DNA from: an uncultured Candidatus Saccharibacteria bacterium
GTDB lineage: Bacteria > Patescibacteriota > Minisyncoccia > Phycocordibacterales > UBA9973
Direction: 5' to 3'
Assembly: GCA_964450735.1 (NCBI GenBank)
Contig: CAYVDC010000004.1
Location: forward strand, 18,829 to 82,828
DNA: 64,000 nucleotides
Shown here: positions 46,382 through 56,399 of the stretch, one piece after another
Layout: each line of letters starts with the position of its first letter
How positions within the stretch are numbered: position 1 is the first letter of the stretch
Made by a program: the position numbers and the translations under genes
Notes under the pieces: model-generated
What the model saw: only the letters and a program-made list of their open reading frames with translations
What the model was told of the DNA's origin: nothing
Databases searched by the model: none

Positions 46382-46996
46382 TTAACCGACAATTGAGACA
46401 ACCGTACCACGGCGTCCTGGAATTGCTCCTTTAACAACTAAGATGTTATTCGCTGTATCGACATCAACGATTTTAAGATTCTGAACAGTGATGATATCAC
46501 CGCCCATTCGTCCCGCCATGCGCATTCCTTTCGGAACGCGTGTTCGGAGACCTCCGCCGATGGATCCCGGTTCGCGCTCAGAGTGTTTCTGACCGTGAGT
46601 TCGTGGACCTCCGTGGAAGCCGTGACGCTTGACCACACCCTGGAAACCTTTACCTTTTGAGGTGCCGGTTACGCGGACTGTGTCGCCTGGCTGGAACTGT
46701 GAAAGTTCGATAACATCGCCGACTTTGAGAACAGGCAATGCACCAACCTTTGAACGATATTCCTTGAGGTATCGGAATTGACCGAGTTCCTTCATGTGAC
46801 CGAGACGAGCCTTGGTCATGCGTTCTTTCTTCTGTTCGCCGAAACCTACTTGAACGGCATCATAGCCTTCTTTCGCTTTCGTTTTTACCTGTGTGACAGT
46901 GGCAGGACCTGTTGCGATAACAGTTGATGGCACTACTTTACCGTCTGCGGTAAAGTATTGGATCATCTCCACTTTTGTTCCAATAACGAATTTCAT
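46382..46996 (-). CDS. rplC: 50S ribosomal protein L3
   Basis: …FQPGDTVRVTGTSKGKGFQGVVKRHGF…. Confidence 0.9.
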   Translation of the reverse strand: MKFVIGTKVEMIQYFTADGKVVPSTVIATGPATVTQVKTKAKEGYDAVQVGFGEQKKERMTKARLGHMKELGQFRYLKEYRSKVGALPVLKVGDVIELSQFQPGDTVRVTGTSKGKGFQGVVKRHGFHGGPRTHGQKHSEREPGSIGGGLRTRVPKGMRMAGRMGGDIITVQNLKIVDVDTANNILVVKGAIPGRRGTVVSIVG

Positions 46997-47022
46997 ATAA
47001 GTTCTCGCGCTCTGCTATATGC

Positions 47023-47376
47023 TTAGAGCATTTTCACATCAACGTCGACTCCTGAAGGGAGTGAGAGGTTGGTAAGCGCTTCAATAGTTTTCTGATTAGG
47101 ATTAACGATATCGATTACTCGCTTGTGAATTCGAATTTCGAATTGTTCACGAGTATTTTTGTAGATGAATGATGAGCGATTGACAGTGTATTTCTTGATC
47201 TCTGTCGGCATCGGGATCGGACCAAGGACGACTGCGTCATAACGAGCGGCAGTATCCATGATCTGTTTGACGGACGCATCGAGAATTTTGTTCTCGTACG
47301 CTCGTACGCGGATGCGCAATTTCACTACACCTTCCTCTTTGCTCTTTGCAGTTTTTGATTTTGTCGCTGTAGCCAT
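47023..47376 (-). CDS. rpsJ: 30S ribosomal protein S10
   Basis: …LRIRVRAYENKILDASVKQIMDTAARYDAVVLGPIPMPT…. Confidence 0.9.
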   Translation of the reverse strand: MATATKSKTAKSKEEGVVKLRIRVRAYENKILDASVKQIMDTAARYDAVVLGPIPMPTEIKKYTVNRSSFIYKNTREQFEIRIHKRVIDIVNPNQKTIEALTNLSLPSGVDVDVKML

Positions 47377-47401
47377 AATGGGAGGAAAGCATTATCCGTG
47401 A

Positions 47402-47428
47402 AGCGCGAGCGAAGCTCGCGCTTCATTG
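47402..47428 (-). promoter_or_regulatory. stem-loop gaagcgcgagc-ttc-gctcgcgcttc in the tuf–rpsJ intergenic region (possible processing or attenuator site in the S10 leader)
   Basis: 11-bp perfect stem, seen directly. No SD upstream of rpsJ. Confidence 0.35.
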
Positions 47429-47431
47429 GGA

Positions 47432-48631
47432 CTATGCAATGATCTTAGTAACAACTCCAGCGCCAACAGTCTTACCACCTTCGCGGATAGCAAAACGTGT
47501 CTGAGCCTCGAGAGCGACCGGTGTAACGAGTTTAACTTTGAAAGTAACAGTATCTCCTGGCATAACCATTTCCTTTCCTTCTGGAAGGGTAACTTCTCCA
47601 GTCACGTCAGTTGTACGAACGTAGAACTGAGGCTTGTAACCAGTGATGAAAGGAGTGTGGCGTCCACCTTCTTCCTTTTTCAAGATGTACACTTCTGATT
47701 CGAATTCAGCGTGAGGAGTAACAGTACCTGGCTTAACGAGAACCTGTCCGCGTGTAAGGTCTTCTTTCTTGACACCTCGGAGGAGGATACCAGCGTTGTC
47801 GCCAGCCATACCTTCTTTCAAGTTCTTGTTGAACATTTCGATACCAGTAACAGTTGTCTTCTGAGTGTCCTTGATACCGACGATTTCGATATCTTCACCA
47901 ACCTTAACAACTCCACGTTCGATACGGCCTGTAACTACAGTTCCGCGTCCTTCGATTGAGAAGATGTCTTCGATAGGCATAAGGAATGGCTTGTCGAGAT
48001 CACGCTCTGGCATAGGGATGTATGTATCCAATGCGTTTGCGAGTTCGAGAACCTTCTGAGCCCAAGGATCGTTGTTGTCAGCTGATTCGAGAGCCTTGAG
48101 TCCTGAACCGCGGATAACTGGAGCACCTGCGCCGTCGAATCCCTGCTTTGTGAGGAGTTCTCGGATTTCTTCTTCAACCATATCAATCATGTCTTTGTCA
48201 TCAACCATGTCGCACTTGTTGAGGAAAACGATGATCTTTGGCACACCAACCTGTTTTGCAAGCAAAACGTGTTCGCGAGTCTGTGGCATCGCACCGTCAG
48301 TAGCAGCAACCACGAGTACAGCGCCGTCCATCTGAGCAGCACCAGTAATCATGTTCTTGATGTAGTCAGCGTGACCTGGAGCATCAATGTGAGCGTAGTG
48401 ACGAGTAGGAGTTTCGTACTCGTTGTGTGAGAGGGCGATCGTGATTCCACGAGCCTTTTCTTCTGGGGCGTTGTCGATCTGATCAACACCTTTCATCTTT
48501 GATGAGTAACCACCACCCTGTCGGTTGAGGACAGTGAGGATAGCTGCTGTCAAAGTAGTCTTGCCGTGGTCGACGTGGCCGATTGTACCTACGTTAACGT
48601 GTGGCTTCGCGCGATTAAATTCTTCTGCCAT
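47432..48631 (-). CDS. tuf: elongation factor Tu
   Basis: [31 protein letters not shown]… The ORF's upstream extension to 48691 is not conserved. Confidence 0.95.
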   Translation of the reverse strand: MAEEFNRAKPHVNVGTIGHVDHGKTTLTAAILTVLNRQGGGYSSKMKGVDQIDNAPEEKARGITIALSHNEYETPTRHYAHIDAPGHADYIKNMITGAAQMDGAVLVVAATDGAMPQTREHVLLAKQVGVPKIIVFLNKCDMVDDKDMIDMVEEEIRELLTKQGFDGAGAPVIRGSGLKALESADNNDPWAQKVLELANALDTYIPMPERDLDKPFLMPIEDIFSIEGRGTVVTGRIERGVVKVGEDIEIVGIKDTQKTTVTGIEMFNKNLKEGMAGDNAGILLRGVKKEDLTRGQVLVKPGTVTPHAEFESEVYILKKEEGGRHTPFITGYKPQFYVRTTDVTGEVTLPEGKEMVMPGDTVTFKVKLVTPVALEAQTRFAIREGGKTVGAGVVTKIIA

Positions 48632-48842
48632 AAGCTTTTTTCTTCGATTCCTGGGTGAAGGAGAGATGACGAGAACGCGTATCTTTCCCAAACCTATGAA
48701 TCAATAAAGAACAAATACTAGTTATTAATTGGCTGGATTGACTGTCCAGACCATGTTTATTTACTTTTGTCAAATTTGGCAAAAATAAAAACGCCCCGAA
48801 GGAGCGATCAGAGATAGAATACCCTATCTGGCCTTATAAGTC

Positions 48843-48880
48843 AAGAAAAATAGCCCCTTCAGTAATCTGGGGGGGCTATT
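48843..48880 (-). terminator. minus-strand intrinsic terminator tagcccc…ggggcta + ttttt
   Basis: Seen directly. Terminates an about 245-nt ORF-free transcribed stretch (48881–49126). Confidence 0.5.
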
Positions 48881-49126
48881 AAGTGCAAATTTTGCTTAAA
48901 TTGTAGTTAAAAGTGGAAGTTTTAGTAAAAAAACCTTATTTTAAGGGGTTTTTAGGTTGCCATGACCACGGCCTCCCCTGTCATCTTTGGGGATTTCTGT
49001 GTACCTGCCACGCTTCCTTTTGGTGTCTACAAATTCCCGTGAGCCGAATTCAAGATGGGAATTCTTCTTGGTGGATTTTTTCTTTGTTGCCATTGAGTCA
49101 AATTTTAGAATGATTGGGTGAAAAAA

Positions 49127-49600
49127 TTAAGGTTTTTTATATACAACAAGCAGAATGGAAACTACGGTACCGATAATACCTACCATATTTATCCATGTCA
49201 GGGTCTCAAGCCTCTCAAATAGAGGCGCAGCAAGCCGATTGACGGCAGGAACTCCAGCCATGACTACTGCCATGCAAATGATAGCGCTGACATTCGACGG
49301 ATCGCTAATTTGAGCAAAGGTGATCATACCGCTTACATTGAGAAATGCAGCAAGTGCAACAAGCGCCAGAGCAAATCCTACTGGCAGCGCACTGGTTTGG
49401 TATGACAAATCTTGTTTAGGGGAAAAAGCAAAAACCAATGCAGCAGCAACCAGAAACCCAATGCCAAGAAAAAGAAGAATCCATGCAAGCGGCAGTCCGG
49501 CTTTGCGGGAAAGAAATGGCCACAGAGCCCAGACAAACAAAGTAAATACTGTTCGGAAGATTATTTTTGTTTCCATAGTTAACAGGGATTGGGTTTTCAA
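49127..49600 (-). CDS. hypothetical polytopic membrane protein (157 aa; alternative start METKIIF at 49576)
   Basis: Four or five hydrophobic helices. Inserted between fusA and tuf. Confidence 0.45.
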   Translation of the reverse strand: MKTQSLLTMETKIIFRTVFTLFVWALWPFLSRKAGLPLAWILLFLGIGFLVAAALVFAFSPKQDLSYQTSALPVGFALALVALAAFLNVSGMITFAQISDPSNVSAIICMAVVMAGVPAVNRLAAPLFERLETLTWINMVGIIGTVVSILLVVYKKP

Positions 49601-49649
49601 ATTTGTTTCTTATGTGTATATAACCATGTGCGGTTTGTAAATGCAATAC

Positions 49650-49746
49650 AAAAGCCGGGCGCGCTTGATTTACCGATAGGTAAATCACTTCGAGCAGCGT
49701 GATAGTGCAAATCCTGTCACCACGCGAGAAGCAGCGCCCGGCTTTT
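49650..49746 (-). other. 97-nt structured element: 13-bp perfect GC-rich closing stem (aaaagccgggcgc / gcgcccggctttt) enclosing internal hairpins (e.g. gatttacc-gata-ggtaaatc)
   Basis: Seen directly between the two membrane-protein genes. T-run follows on the minus strand. Confidence 0.45.
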
Positions 49747-49755
49747 GATCTATAT

Positions 49756-50520
49756 CTAATTCACCTGCATATTCATCTGATACTGCTGATTCTGAAAATT
49801 CGGCTGTTCATTCATTACTTGTGTAGAAGGGAAAAACAATTTTAGTATCCCTACCCCTGCCATTGCTCCAATAACTGCAAACACAGCAAATATCGCAATA
49901 CCAAATACCAGCCAGAGACCAAACACTGCAAGTGTTTTGAGCACTGTAACAGAATAGTAATACCAGAATATCGCCAAGTTGAAGACAAGTCCGAGAATAG
50001 GAACAAGAAACGGCGGCATACCTGCGTATGCTAAAAGTACCAACACAAACGTAACCGCAAAGCTCAACCCTCCATAAAAGAGTGCCTTGCTAAATGTGCT
50101 TCCAGGAATTTTTAAAAGCTTTGTAATCAAATACAGCACGATTGCACCGATCAGTCCTGACACGAATGTAATTGCAGCGCTCAAGCCGATAAACGATGGT
50201 ACTGCAAATGTTCCTGACACCAGCGCGAGATAGCCAATGTTCAGCAGGCATCCTGCTAAGTACATTACCGCTCCGATCGCAAGAGTCGGATTTTTTGCTG
50301 CGTGCATGAATTCAGATTCGCGAGTCGGCGCGTAGACCGACTGTGCTTGCATCTGCTGATTGTATTGTGGCGGTGGCACTGGATTTTCTAATTCATAAAA
50401 TCCTTCGCTGATCTCTTCGATCGGCCATCCGTGCGACTGGAGTGCGTAAATAATTTCTTCGCGACGCAGCCCTCTTTGTTGTTGTGTCTGAATGAAATTC
50501 AGCAGTTCTGGTTTTGCCAT
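49756..50520 (-). CDS. membrane protein with the same N-terminal 40-aa motif as 32525–33022, plus 6 TM helices and a Gln/Asn-rich C-terminus
   Basis: N-terminal ELLNFIQTQQQRGLRREEIIYALQSHGWPIEEISEGF aligns with the 32525–33022 product. Confidence 0.5.
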   Translation of the reverse strand: MAKPELLNFIQTQQQRGLRREEIIYALQSHGWPIEEISEGFYELENPVPPPQYNQQMQAQSVYAPTRESEFMHAAKNPTLAIGAVMYLAGCLLNIGYLALVSGTFAVPSFIGLSAAITFVSGLIGAIVLYLITKLLKIPGSTFSKALFYGGLSFAVTFVLVLLAYAGMPPFLVPILGLVFNLAIFWYYYSVTVLKTLAVFGLWLVFGIAIFAVFAVIGAMAGVGILKLFFPSTQVMNEQPNFQNQQYQMNMQVN

Positions 50521-50565
50521 ACGTACAGTATAAAATAATGTTGCTAATGTGTGAACTATACAAAA

Positions 50566-50596
50566 TAAAAACCCAAGCCGAAGCCCGAGTTTTTAT
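50566..50596 (-). terminator. terminator after fusA (aactcgggc-ttcg-gcttgggtt, with G·U pairs, then ttttt)
   Basis: Seen directly. Confidence 0.45.
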
Positions 50597-50604
50597 TTCG
50601 AATA

Positions 50605-52764
50605 TTATTTTCGCTTTGAGATGATAAGGTCTGCAACGTTCTGAGGAACAACATCGTAACGGAGGAATTCCATAGTGAATCCTGCGCGTCCTTCTGTCAT
50701 TGATCGGAGCGATGTCATGTAGCCGAACATTTCTGATAATGGAACGACAGCTTTGACCACCTGGTTCAAGCCGCGAGCTTCCATTCCTTCGATGATTCCG
50801 CGCTTTGATGACATTGATCCAGCAACGTCTCCCATGAACTTGTCAGGAGTGATAACTTCAACTTTCATCATAGGTTCGAGGATCACTGGGCGAGCCTGCT
50901 TGGCTGCATCCTGGATAGCCATAGATGCTGCGATCTTGAAGGCCATTTCGTTCGAGTCCACATCGTGGAAGCTTCCGTCCCAAAGATCAACTGAAACGTC
51001 AACCATTTTGAATCCAGCGAGCACGCCACGTTCGAGACCTTCCTTGAGTCCTTTTTCAACTGCAGGGATGTATTCCTGTGGAATCGCACCTCCTTTAATT
51101 GTGTTCATGAACTCGAAGTGAGCTTCTCGTTTAACGTTTCGTGGCAAGTCTTCGATCTGCTCTTTGGTAAGAGTCATATCCATCGGCTTGATCTTGATCT
51201 TGACGTGACCATAGTTACCACGACCTCCAGACTGCTTGATGTACTTACCTTCAACTTCAGCAGTTCCCAAGATTGTTTCGCGGTATGCAACCTGTGGGTT
51301 ACCTACGTTTGCTTCAACAGCGAATTCGCGCTTCATTCGGTCAACGATGATTTCAAGGTGAAGTTCTCCCATACCTGCGATGATTGTTTCGCCAGTTTCC
51401 TGGTCAGTAGTCACGCGGAATGTTGGGTCTTCCTGAGCGAGGCGGTTAAGTGCCATACCCATTTTTTCCTGGTCAGCTTTTGTTTTTGGTTCGATTCGGA
51501 GGGAGATAACTGGTTCTGGGAAGACGATTCGGTTCAATTCGATTGGATTTTCTTCATCACAGAGCGTGTCTGAAGTAATAGTGTCTTTCAAACCGACGGC
51601 TGCAGCGATTTCTCCTGCGAACACCTTCTTCACTTCTTCTCGGTCGTTAGCATGCATTCGCAAGATACGTCCGATTCGTTCCTTGTTTCGAGTTCGTGGG
51701 TTGTAGATGTATGAACCTGCAGCCAAGCTACCAGAGTAGACTCGGAAGAAGATAATCTGTCCTACGAATGGGTCAGTAGCAACCTTGAAGGCAAGAGCTG
51801 CAAATGGTTCTGAATCAGAAGCATTTCGGACAGCTGGTTCTTCAGTATCAGGGTTGATACCTGGAATTGGAGGAATGTCAGTTGGGGCTGGCAAGTAGTC
51901 AATAACAGCATCGAGTACGAGCTGTACGCCTTTGTTCTTGAGAGCTGATCCTGCGAACACTGGGAAGATCGCGTTTGCGATAACTGCCTTTCGGAGGATC
52001 TTTTTGAGTTCATCTACAGATGGAACTTTTCCATCGAGGTAAGCGGTCATAGCGGCCTCATCGTTTGCAACGATAGCTTCGATGAGTTCTGTGTGATACT
52101 TTTCAGCATCAGCTTTCATGTCTTCAGGGATATCTTTTTCGATAACCTTGTTTCCCATGTCTCCTTCGAAGTAGTACGCCTTCATTTTCAAAAGGTCTAC
52201 TACACCTTCATGCTTTTCTTCGAGACCGATTGGAATCTGCATGCGGACAGCTGACTTGTTCAAACGATCAAGAATCGTTGCGAATGAACGTTCAAATGAT
52301 GCGCCAGTTCGGTCGAGCTTGTTGATGAAACAGATACGTGGAACGTTTGCTTCGTCAGCATAGCGCCAGTTTGTTTCTGACTGTGGTTCTACGCCGGCTA
52401 CTCCGTCGAATACCACTACCGCACCGTCAAGCACGCGGAGTGATCGCTTCACTTCCACAGTGAAGTCGATGTGTCCAGGAGTATCGATGATGTTGAATCG
52501 CATTTTCTTGCTCTTGTCTGCACCTGCGTATGTAGGTGTCCAGAAACAAGTAACAGCAGCTGAAGTAATTGTAATACCTCGCTCGCGTTCCTGTTCCATC
52601 CAGTCAGTGGTAGTTTCACCGTCGTGAACTTCACCGATCTTGTGTGACACACCCGTGTAGTACAACACGCGTTCTGTCGTCGTAGTCTTTCCGGCATCAA
52701 TGTGGGCGATGATACCGAAGTTTCGCACTTTTTCTAATGGGTAATCTCTTTCCATAAAACTCAA
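50605..52764 (-). CDS. fusA: elongation factor G (likely start MERDYPL at 52755)
   Basis: …[24 protein letters not shown]… plus all EF-G domains, 719 aa. Confidence 0.95.
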   Translation of the reverse strand: MSFMERDYPLEKVRNFGIIAHIDAGKTTTTERVLYYTGVSHKIGEVHDGETTTDWMEQERERGITITSAAVTCFWTPTYAGADKSKKMRFNIIDTPGHIDFTVEVKRSLRVLDGAVVVFDGVAGVEPQSETNWRYADEANVPRICFINKLDRTGASFERSFATILDRLNKSAVRMQIPIGLEEKHEGVVDLLKMKAYYFEGDMGNKVIEKDIPEDMKADAEKYHTELIEAIVANDEAAMTAYLDGKVPSVDELKKILRKAVIANAIFPVFAGSALKNKGVQLVLDAVIDYLPAPTDIPPIPGINPDTEEPAVRNASDSEPFAALAFKVATDPFVGQIIFFRVYSGSLAAGSYIYNPRTRNKERIGRILRMHANDREEVKKVFAGEIAAAVGLKDTITSDTLCDEENPIELNRIVFPEPVISLRIEPKTKADQEKMGMALNRLAQEDPTFRVTTDQETGETIIAGMGELHLEIIVDRMKREFAVEANVGNPQVAYRETILGTAEVEGKYIKQSGGRGNYGHVKIKIKPMDMTLTKEQIEDLPRNVKREAHFEFMNTIKGGAIPQEYIPAVEKGLKEGLERGVLAGFKMVDVSVDLWDGSFHDVDSNEMAFKIAASMAIQDAAKQARPVILEPMMKVEVITPDKFMGDVAGSMSSKRGIIEGMEARGLNQVVKAVVPLSEMFGYMTSLRSMTEGRAGFTMEFLRYDVVPQNVADLIISKRK

Positions 52765-52898
52765 ATTATTACTAAGTTCGTTGCTGATAAATAAAAATGA
52801 CCGCTAGGTCTTTTATGCCAAGACTATAGCACAGAATGGGAAATTTACAAATCAACGGTAAGCCCTCTAAGTTAGAGCTTAAAAGGCCTCAAGAGTGT

Positions 52899-54389
52899 TT
52901 ATTCTTCAAGAAAATGATGGCTTCCGAAGAGCTTCATATGCCGCACACGATCTTCTTCTGTAAATGGGTTAGTGGTGCTTTTTACATTCTTATCATGCCA
53001 ATCTGACTGCAAAATAGGATCCCAACTATCAAACCCCTCAGGGAAGCCAGTAACGCCTTCATTGAAAACAATTTTTGATTCTGTAATCGGTCGATTCTTA
53101 GTTTCTTCGTACGCATCTTTCCACTTCTTTTCTTCTGAATTAACAGATTCTTCAGCGATTCTTGCCGCCTCTTCAGGATTTTTTTTGCGATAAACAATGT
53201 TGTAATCCGTCAGGATATCTCGGATTTCTTTCTTGGAATACGCTCGTCCTTTTTCTTCGCCGTTAAATACTCTTCCGTTATGTTCAAGCACCTGATACAC
53301 AAATGATGTTGTGTTGTCCGACTGATACAAATTGGAAGTACCAACATATGTACCGGGAGTAACCTCAAATTTGCCAGGGAATATATTATTTAGATTTTCT
53401 TCATACCATTTACAGAATTTACTTTCAGTGATCACATCAATGTTTTTTTCTATGAAATCATTCGCTTTCTGCCATGCACTGTCACGATTCCCCTTTTCCT
53501 GGTACAAAAAGTATTTATACATATCATTAAGAGCATTCTTTCGAGCTTCTGCTTTTGGAATGCCAAAATCTCTATAATGCGGCTGCAATAAGAAACGATC
53601 AATATTCCAATGACTGTCACCCTCAACTGGAACGCCGGTGATAACCGAGTCCATTGTATTGTGATAATTATAATACCTGTTGCCTGTCTCCGGATCAGTT
53701 ACAACATCATCTGTTTCTGAACGGGCATTAATATAGTTGCTGAAAAAGTCTGTCTCACCTAAACTTTTTGGCACTCGAGTTTTTTCTTTCATTTCTTCTA
53801 GTGTCTTAAATGGCGTTTCAGTTGCACCAAAGGCATATGAAACTTTTTGAAGCCCTGTTTCGGTATACCAACCTGATTTAGGATTATGAAAATGACGAAC
53901 ATTGCCATCCTTAGTTACATAGTCTTCATCCTTCCAAGGATTATTATTTTCTTTTTGAGATTTCGCTTCTTTTTTTATATCTGTTTTAGTTTTTGTTTCT
54001 GTATTCTGGGCTATTCCCTGTTGCGATAAAAAAGAGAACGCTGCTACTAACGCAACTTTTACTCCTTTCGCAAATTCACGCTTCAGTTTTCCAACTGAAT
54101 CTGCAAATCGTGCCTGCGCTAATTTTCCTTCAACGCCGCTAGCGTCAGGACTTTTGGCAATTTCATCTGCCAAGGCTTTTTCACCTTCAGTAATAAATTT
54201 AAATTCTTCTTCCGAGGCATCTTTCTCTAGTCGATTAACAACGTAATCAAATTCCGCCGTTGTCATATCCTTGTGCGCAAGATTTTCAATCAAGCCTTCG
54301 CCAACTTCTTTTGGAATAGTTCGCTCTTGCGGTGAAGCTGGTACGCCAGACTTTCCAGATTGTTCCATCATATACAGCAATTGAACCAT
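52899..54389 (-). CDS. hypothetical bitopic membrane protein (496 aa) inserted between rpsG and fusA
   Basis: Start ATG 54389 lies 11 nt after a GGAGG embedded in the rpsG terminator stem. Single hydrophobic segment VKVALVAAFSFLSQQGIA. Large C-terminal domain with no recognised motif. The listed ORF 52899–54668 overlaps rpsG out of frame upstream of this start. Confidence 0.55.
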   Translation of the reverse strand: MVQLLYMMEQSGKSGVPASPQERTIPKEVGEGLIENLAHKDMTTAEFDYVVNRLEKDASEEEFKFITEGEKALADEIAKSPDASGVEGKLAQARFADSVGKLKREFAKGVKVALVAAFSFLSQQGIAQNTETKTKTDIKKEAKSQKENNNPWKDEDYVTKDGNVRHFHNPKSGWYTETGLQKVSYAFGATETPFKTLEEMKEKTRVPKSLGETDFFSNYINARSETDDVVTDPETGNRYYNYHNTMDSVITGVPVEGDSHWNIDRFLLQPHYRDFGIPKAEARKNALNDMYKYFLYQEKGNRDSAWQKANDFIEKNIDVITESKFCKWYEENLNNIFPGKFEVTPGTYVGTSNLYQSDNTTSFVYQVLEHNGRVFNGEEKGRAYSKKEIRDILTDYNIVYRKKNPEEAARIAEESVNSEEKKWKDAYEETKNRPITESKIVFNEGVTGFPEGFDSWDPILQSDWHDKNVKSTTNPFTEEDRVRHMKLFGSHHFLEE

Positions 54390-54394
54390 ATAAA

Positions 54395-54425
54395 CAAAAA
54401 ACCTCCAACAAGTGGAGGTTTTTCT
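54395..54425. terminator. intrinsic terminator aaaaaacctcca-acaag-tggaggttttt (same family as the rplT terminator)
   Basis: Seen directly, immediately after rpsG. Confidence 0.65.
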
Positions 54426-54438
54426 AAGATTGAGGTTA

Positions 54439-54909
54439 TTACCAAGCAAAGTGAGCGAACGCCTTGTTTGATTCTGCCATCTTGTGAGTGTCTTCGCGCT
54501 TTTTGACCGCTGAACCTTCACCTTTAGCTGCTGCCAACAATTCGTCAGCGAGCTTGATATGCATTGGCTGTCCTTTCTTGCTTCGCGCTGCTCCGATGAT
54601 CCATCGGATAGCGAGTGCCTGTCGTCGTTCTGGTCGAACTTCTCGAGGAACCTGGTAGTTAGCTCCACCGATTCGGCGTGAGCGGACTTCCATGAGTGGT
54701 GAAGCGTTTTTCATTGCTTCTGCAAACACTTCGAGAGGGTCTTTGCCATCTGACTTTTCTTTGATGAGGTCAAATGCGCCATAGACTACCTTGAGTGCTG
54801 TTTCCTTCTTTCCTGAAAGCATAACTGAGTTGATCAACTTTGAGAGTTCAGCTGAGTTGTATACGCTATCTGGACCAGGAATATTTCGATTTTTTACTTT
54901 TCTTCGCAT
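54439..54909 (-). CDS. rpsG: 30S ribosomal protein S7
   Basis: …SRRIGGANYQVPREVRPERRQALAIRWII…. Confidence 0.9.
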   Translation of the reverse strand: MRRKVKNRNIPGPDSVYNSAELSKLINSVMLSGKKETALKVVYGAFDLIKEKSDGKDPLEVFAEAMKNASPLMEVRSRRIGGANYQVPREVRPERRQALAIRWIIGAARSKKGQPMHIKLADELLAAAKGEGSAVKKREDTHKMAESNKAFAHFAW

Positions 54910-54966
54910 AAATGTATGTTCTTCTCCCGTTTAGTGCCTCACAACAGGAGGCGGGATACTGTTAGA

Positions 54967-55395
54967 TTATTTCTTAGCTGCGCCAGCTTTTGGACGCTTG
55001 TTTCCGTAGAGGGAACGACCTTGGCGACGTTTTTCAACGCCAGATGCATCGAGACGTCCACGAACGATGTGGTAACGTACTCCGATCAAGTCTTTAACAC
55101 GTCCACCGCGGAGCATGACAACTGAGTGTTCCTGCAAGTTGTGTCCTTCTCCTGGGATGTATGCTGTTACTTCCATACCGTTAGTAAGTCGTACACGAGC
55201 GATCTTTCGGAGCGCTGAGTTCGGCTTCTTTGGTGTAGTAGTTGTAACTTTGGTACATACGCCACGCTTGAATGGTGATGCGTAGTAAATTGGGCGGTTT
55301 TTAAGCGCATTGAAGCCTCGAGCCAAAGCGACTGCTTTTGACTTTCGAACGACTTTCTTTCTTGGGTTTCGAACTAGCTGGTTGATTGAGGGCAT
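54967..55395 (-). CDS. rpsL: 30S ribosomal protein S12
   Basis: [14 protein letters not shown]…[10 protein letters not shown]… Start at the conserved MP(T/S)INQL. Confidence 0.9.
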   Translation of the reverse strand: MPSINQLVRNPRKKVVRKSKAVALARGFNALKNRPIYYASPFKRGVCTKVTTTTPKKPNSALRKIARVRLTNGMEVTAYIPGEGHNLQEHSVVMLRGGRVKDLIGVRYHIVRGRLDASGVEKRRQGRSLYGNKRPKAGAAKK

Positions 55396-55594
55396 TTGTA
55401 ATGATGCGCCGATCCTCACGGATGGCATAAGGGCTAAATAATGTATTGAAAATACTAACTAAAATGGGGCAACTCGTTTACTACTTCCCTCCTCTTCAGA
55501 CAAAAGTCGGGCAAGCAAAAAAGTCTGCTAGAGACTTGTGCGAGTACTATACAAGATGGTTTGAGAAAATGCAAGTCCTCGGAGAGCGCTGCCG

Positions 55595-55639
55595 GAACAC
55601 TTTAGATCGCCCTCTCCGAGAGGCGCTCTAAAGTGTTCC
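55595..55639. promoter_or_regulatory. 45-bp palindromic element: 12-bp perfect stem ggaacactttag / ctaaagtgttcc around a GC-rich 21-nt interior; about 200 nt upstream of rpsL
   Basis: Seen directly. No U-tract. Confidence 0.4.
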
Positions 55640-55697
55640 TTCGCGCCATGAGCAGCTACGAGTCATATATACAGAGACTGATTGTTATGCCAGTAAG

Positions 55698-56366
55698 TTA
55701 GAGTCGAACTCCAGTAAGTATAGTATAGAGCCCGCTCATGAGCGGCGAGATGAAATCGAACTTCCAGAGGATCACCACCAGGATAAAAACAAGGAAAAAG
55801 CCATTGCCTTCAAGCATTTCTCGAATACCCCGGTATTTTTGTGGGAGGATTGAAAAGAGGATTTTGGATCCATCGAGCGGAGGAACCGGCAATAGGTTGA
55901 AGAAAGCAAGGCCAATATTGGCAAGGATGACGACAGATACAATATATGCAAAGCTGTCATTGGCGAAATTAAACCAGTAGCCTGCTCGAAACACTAGTCC
56001 AAATACGATTGCCATTAGAAGGTTTGCGATAATACCTGCAGATGCAACGGCAAGCGTTCCCCATCGTTTGTTTGTAAGGTTATTTTCGTTATATGGCACT
56101 GGCCGAGCCCAACCGAATGGGAATGGTGACCCTGAGATGAGGAGGACACCCGGTACTATAATAGAGCCTACAAGGTCAATATGCTTGATTGGATTGAGGG
56201 TAAGGCGTCCTGCAGCCTCTGCTGTACGGTCACCGAGCCAAAGAGCTGCATAGCCGTGAGCCACCTCATGGATGATTACTGAAAAGATAAGTATTATGGC
56301 GCTTGCGATGGCAGTTACCGGGTCGTTCATGAAAATAAGTATACCAGGAGACAGGCATAGTTGCAT
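55698..56366 (-). CDS. site-2 protease family zinc metalloprotease (peptidase M50-like)
   Basis: HEVAHG (HExxH) in a TM helix. LLPVPPLDGS (LDG motif). Multiple TM segments. Confidence 0.6.
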   Translation of the reverse strand: MQLCLSPGILIFMNDPVTAIASAIILIFSVIIHEVAHGYAALWLGDRTAEAAGRLTLNPIKHIDLVGSIIVPGVLLISGSPFPFGWARPVPYNENNLTNKRWGTLAVASAGIIANLLMAIVFGLVFRAGYWFNFANDSFAYIVSVVILANIGLAFFNLLPVPPLDGSKILFSILPQKYRGIREMLEGNGFFLVFILVVILWKFDFISPLMSGLYTILTGVRL

Positions 56367-56399
56367 AATATAAAAGTATATGTTAGTCTAACTCTACTT

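Noticed and set aside
47432-48691. EF-Tu N-terminal extension [20 protein letters not shown]
   Set aside because: EF-Tu conservation begins at [11 protein letters not shown] (ATG 48631). The upstream 20 codons are not conserved.
48913-49113. 66-aa Cys/His-rich plus-strand ORF in the tuf-upstream region
   Set aside because: No SD or promoter, and it sits on the opposite strand to all neighbours. The region is more likely non-coding RNA. Not excluded as a small zinc-binding peptide.
52899-54668. 589-aa ORF start at 54668
   Set aside because: The first about 93 codons overlap rpsG in another frame and upstream of the rpsG terminator. A GGAGG-spaced ATG at 54389 is the plausible start.
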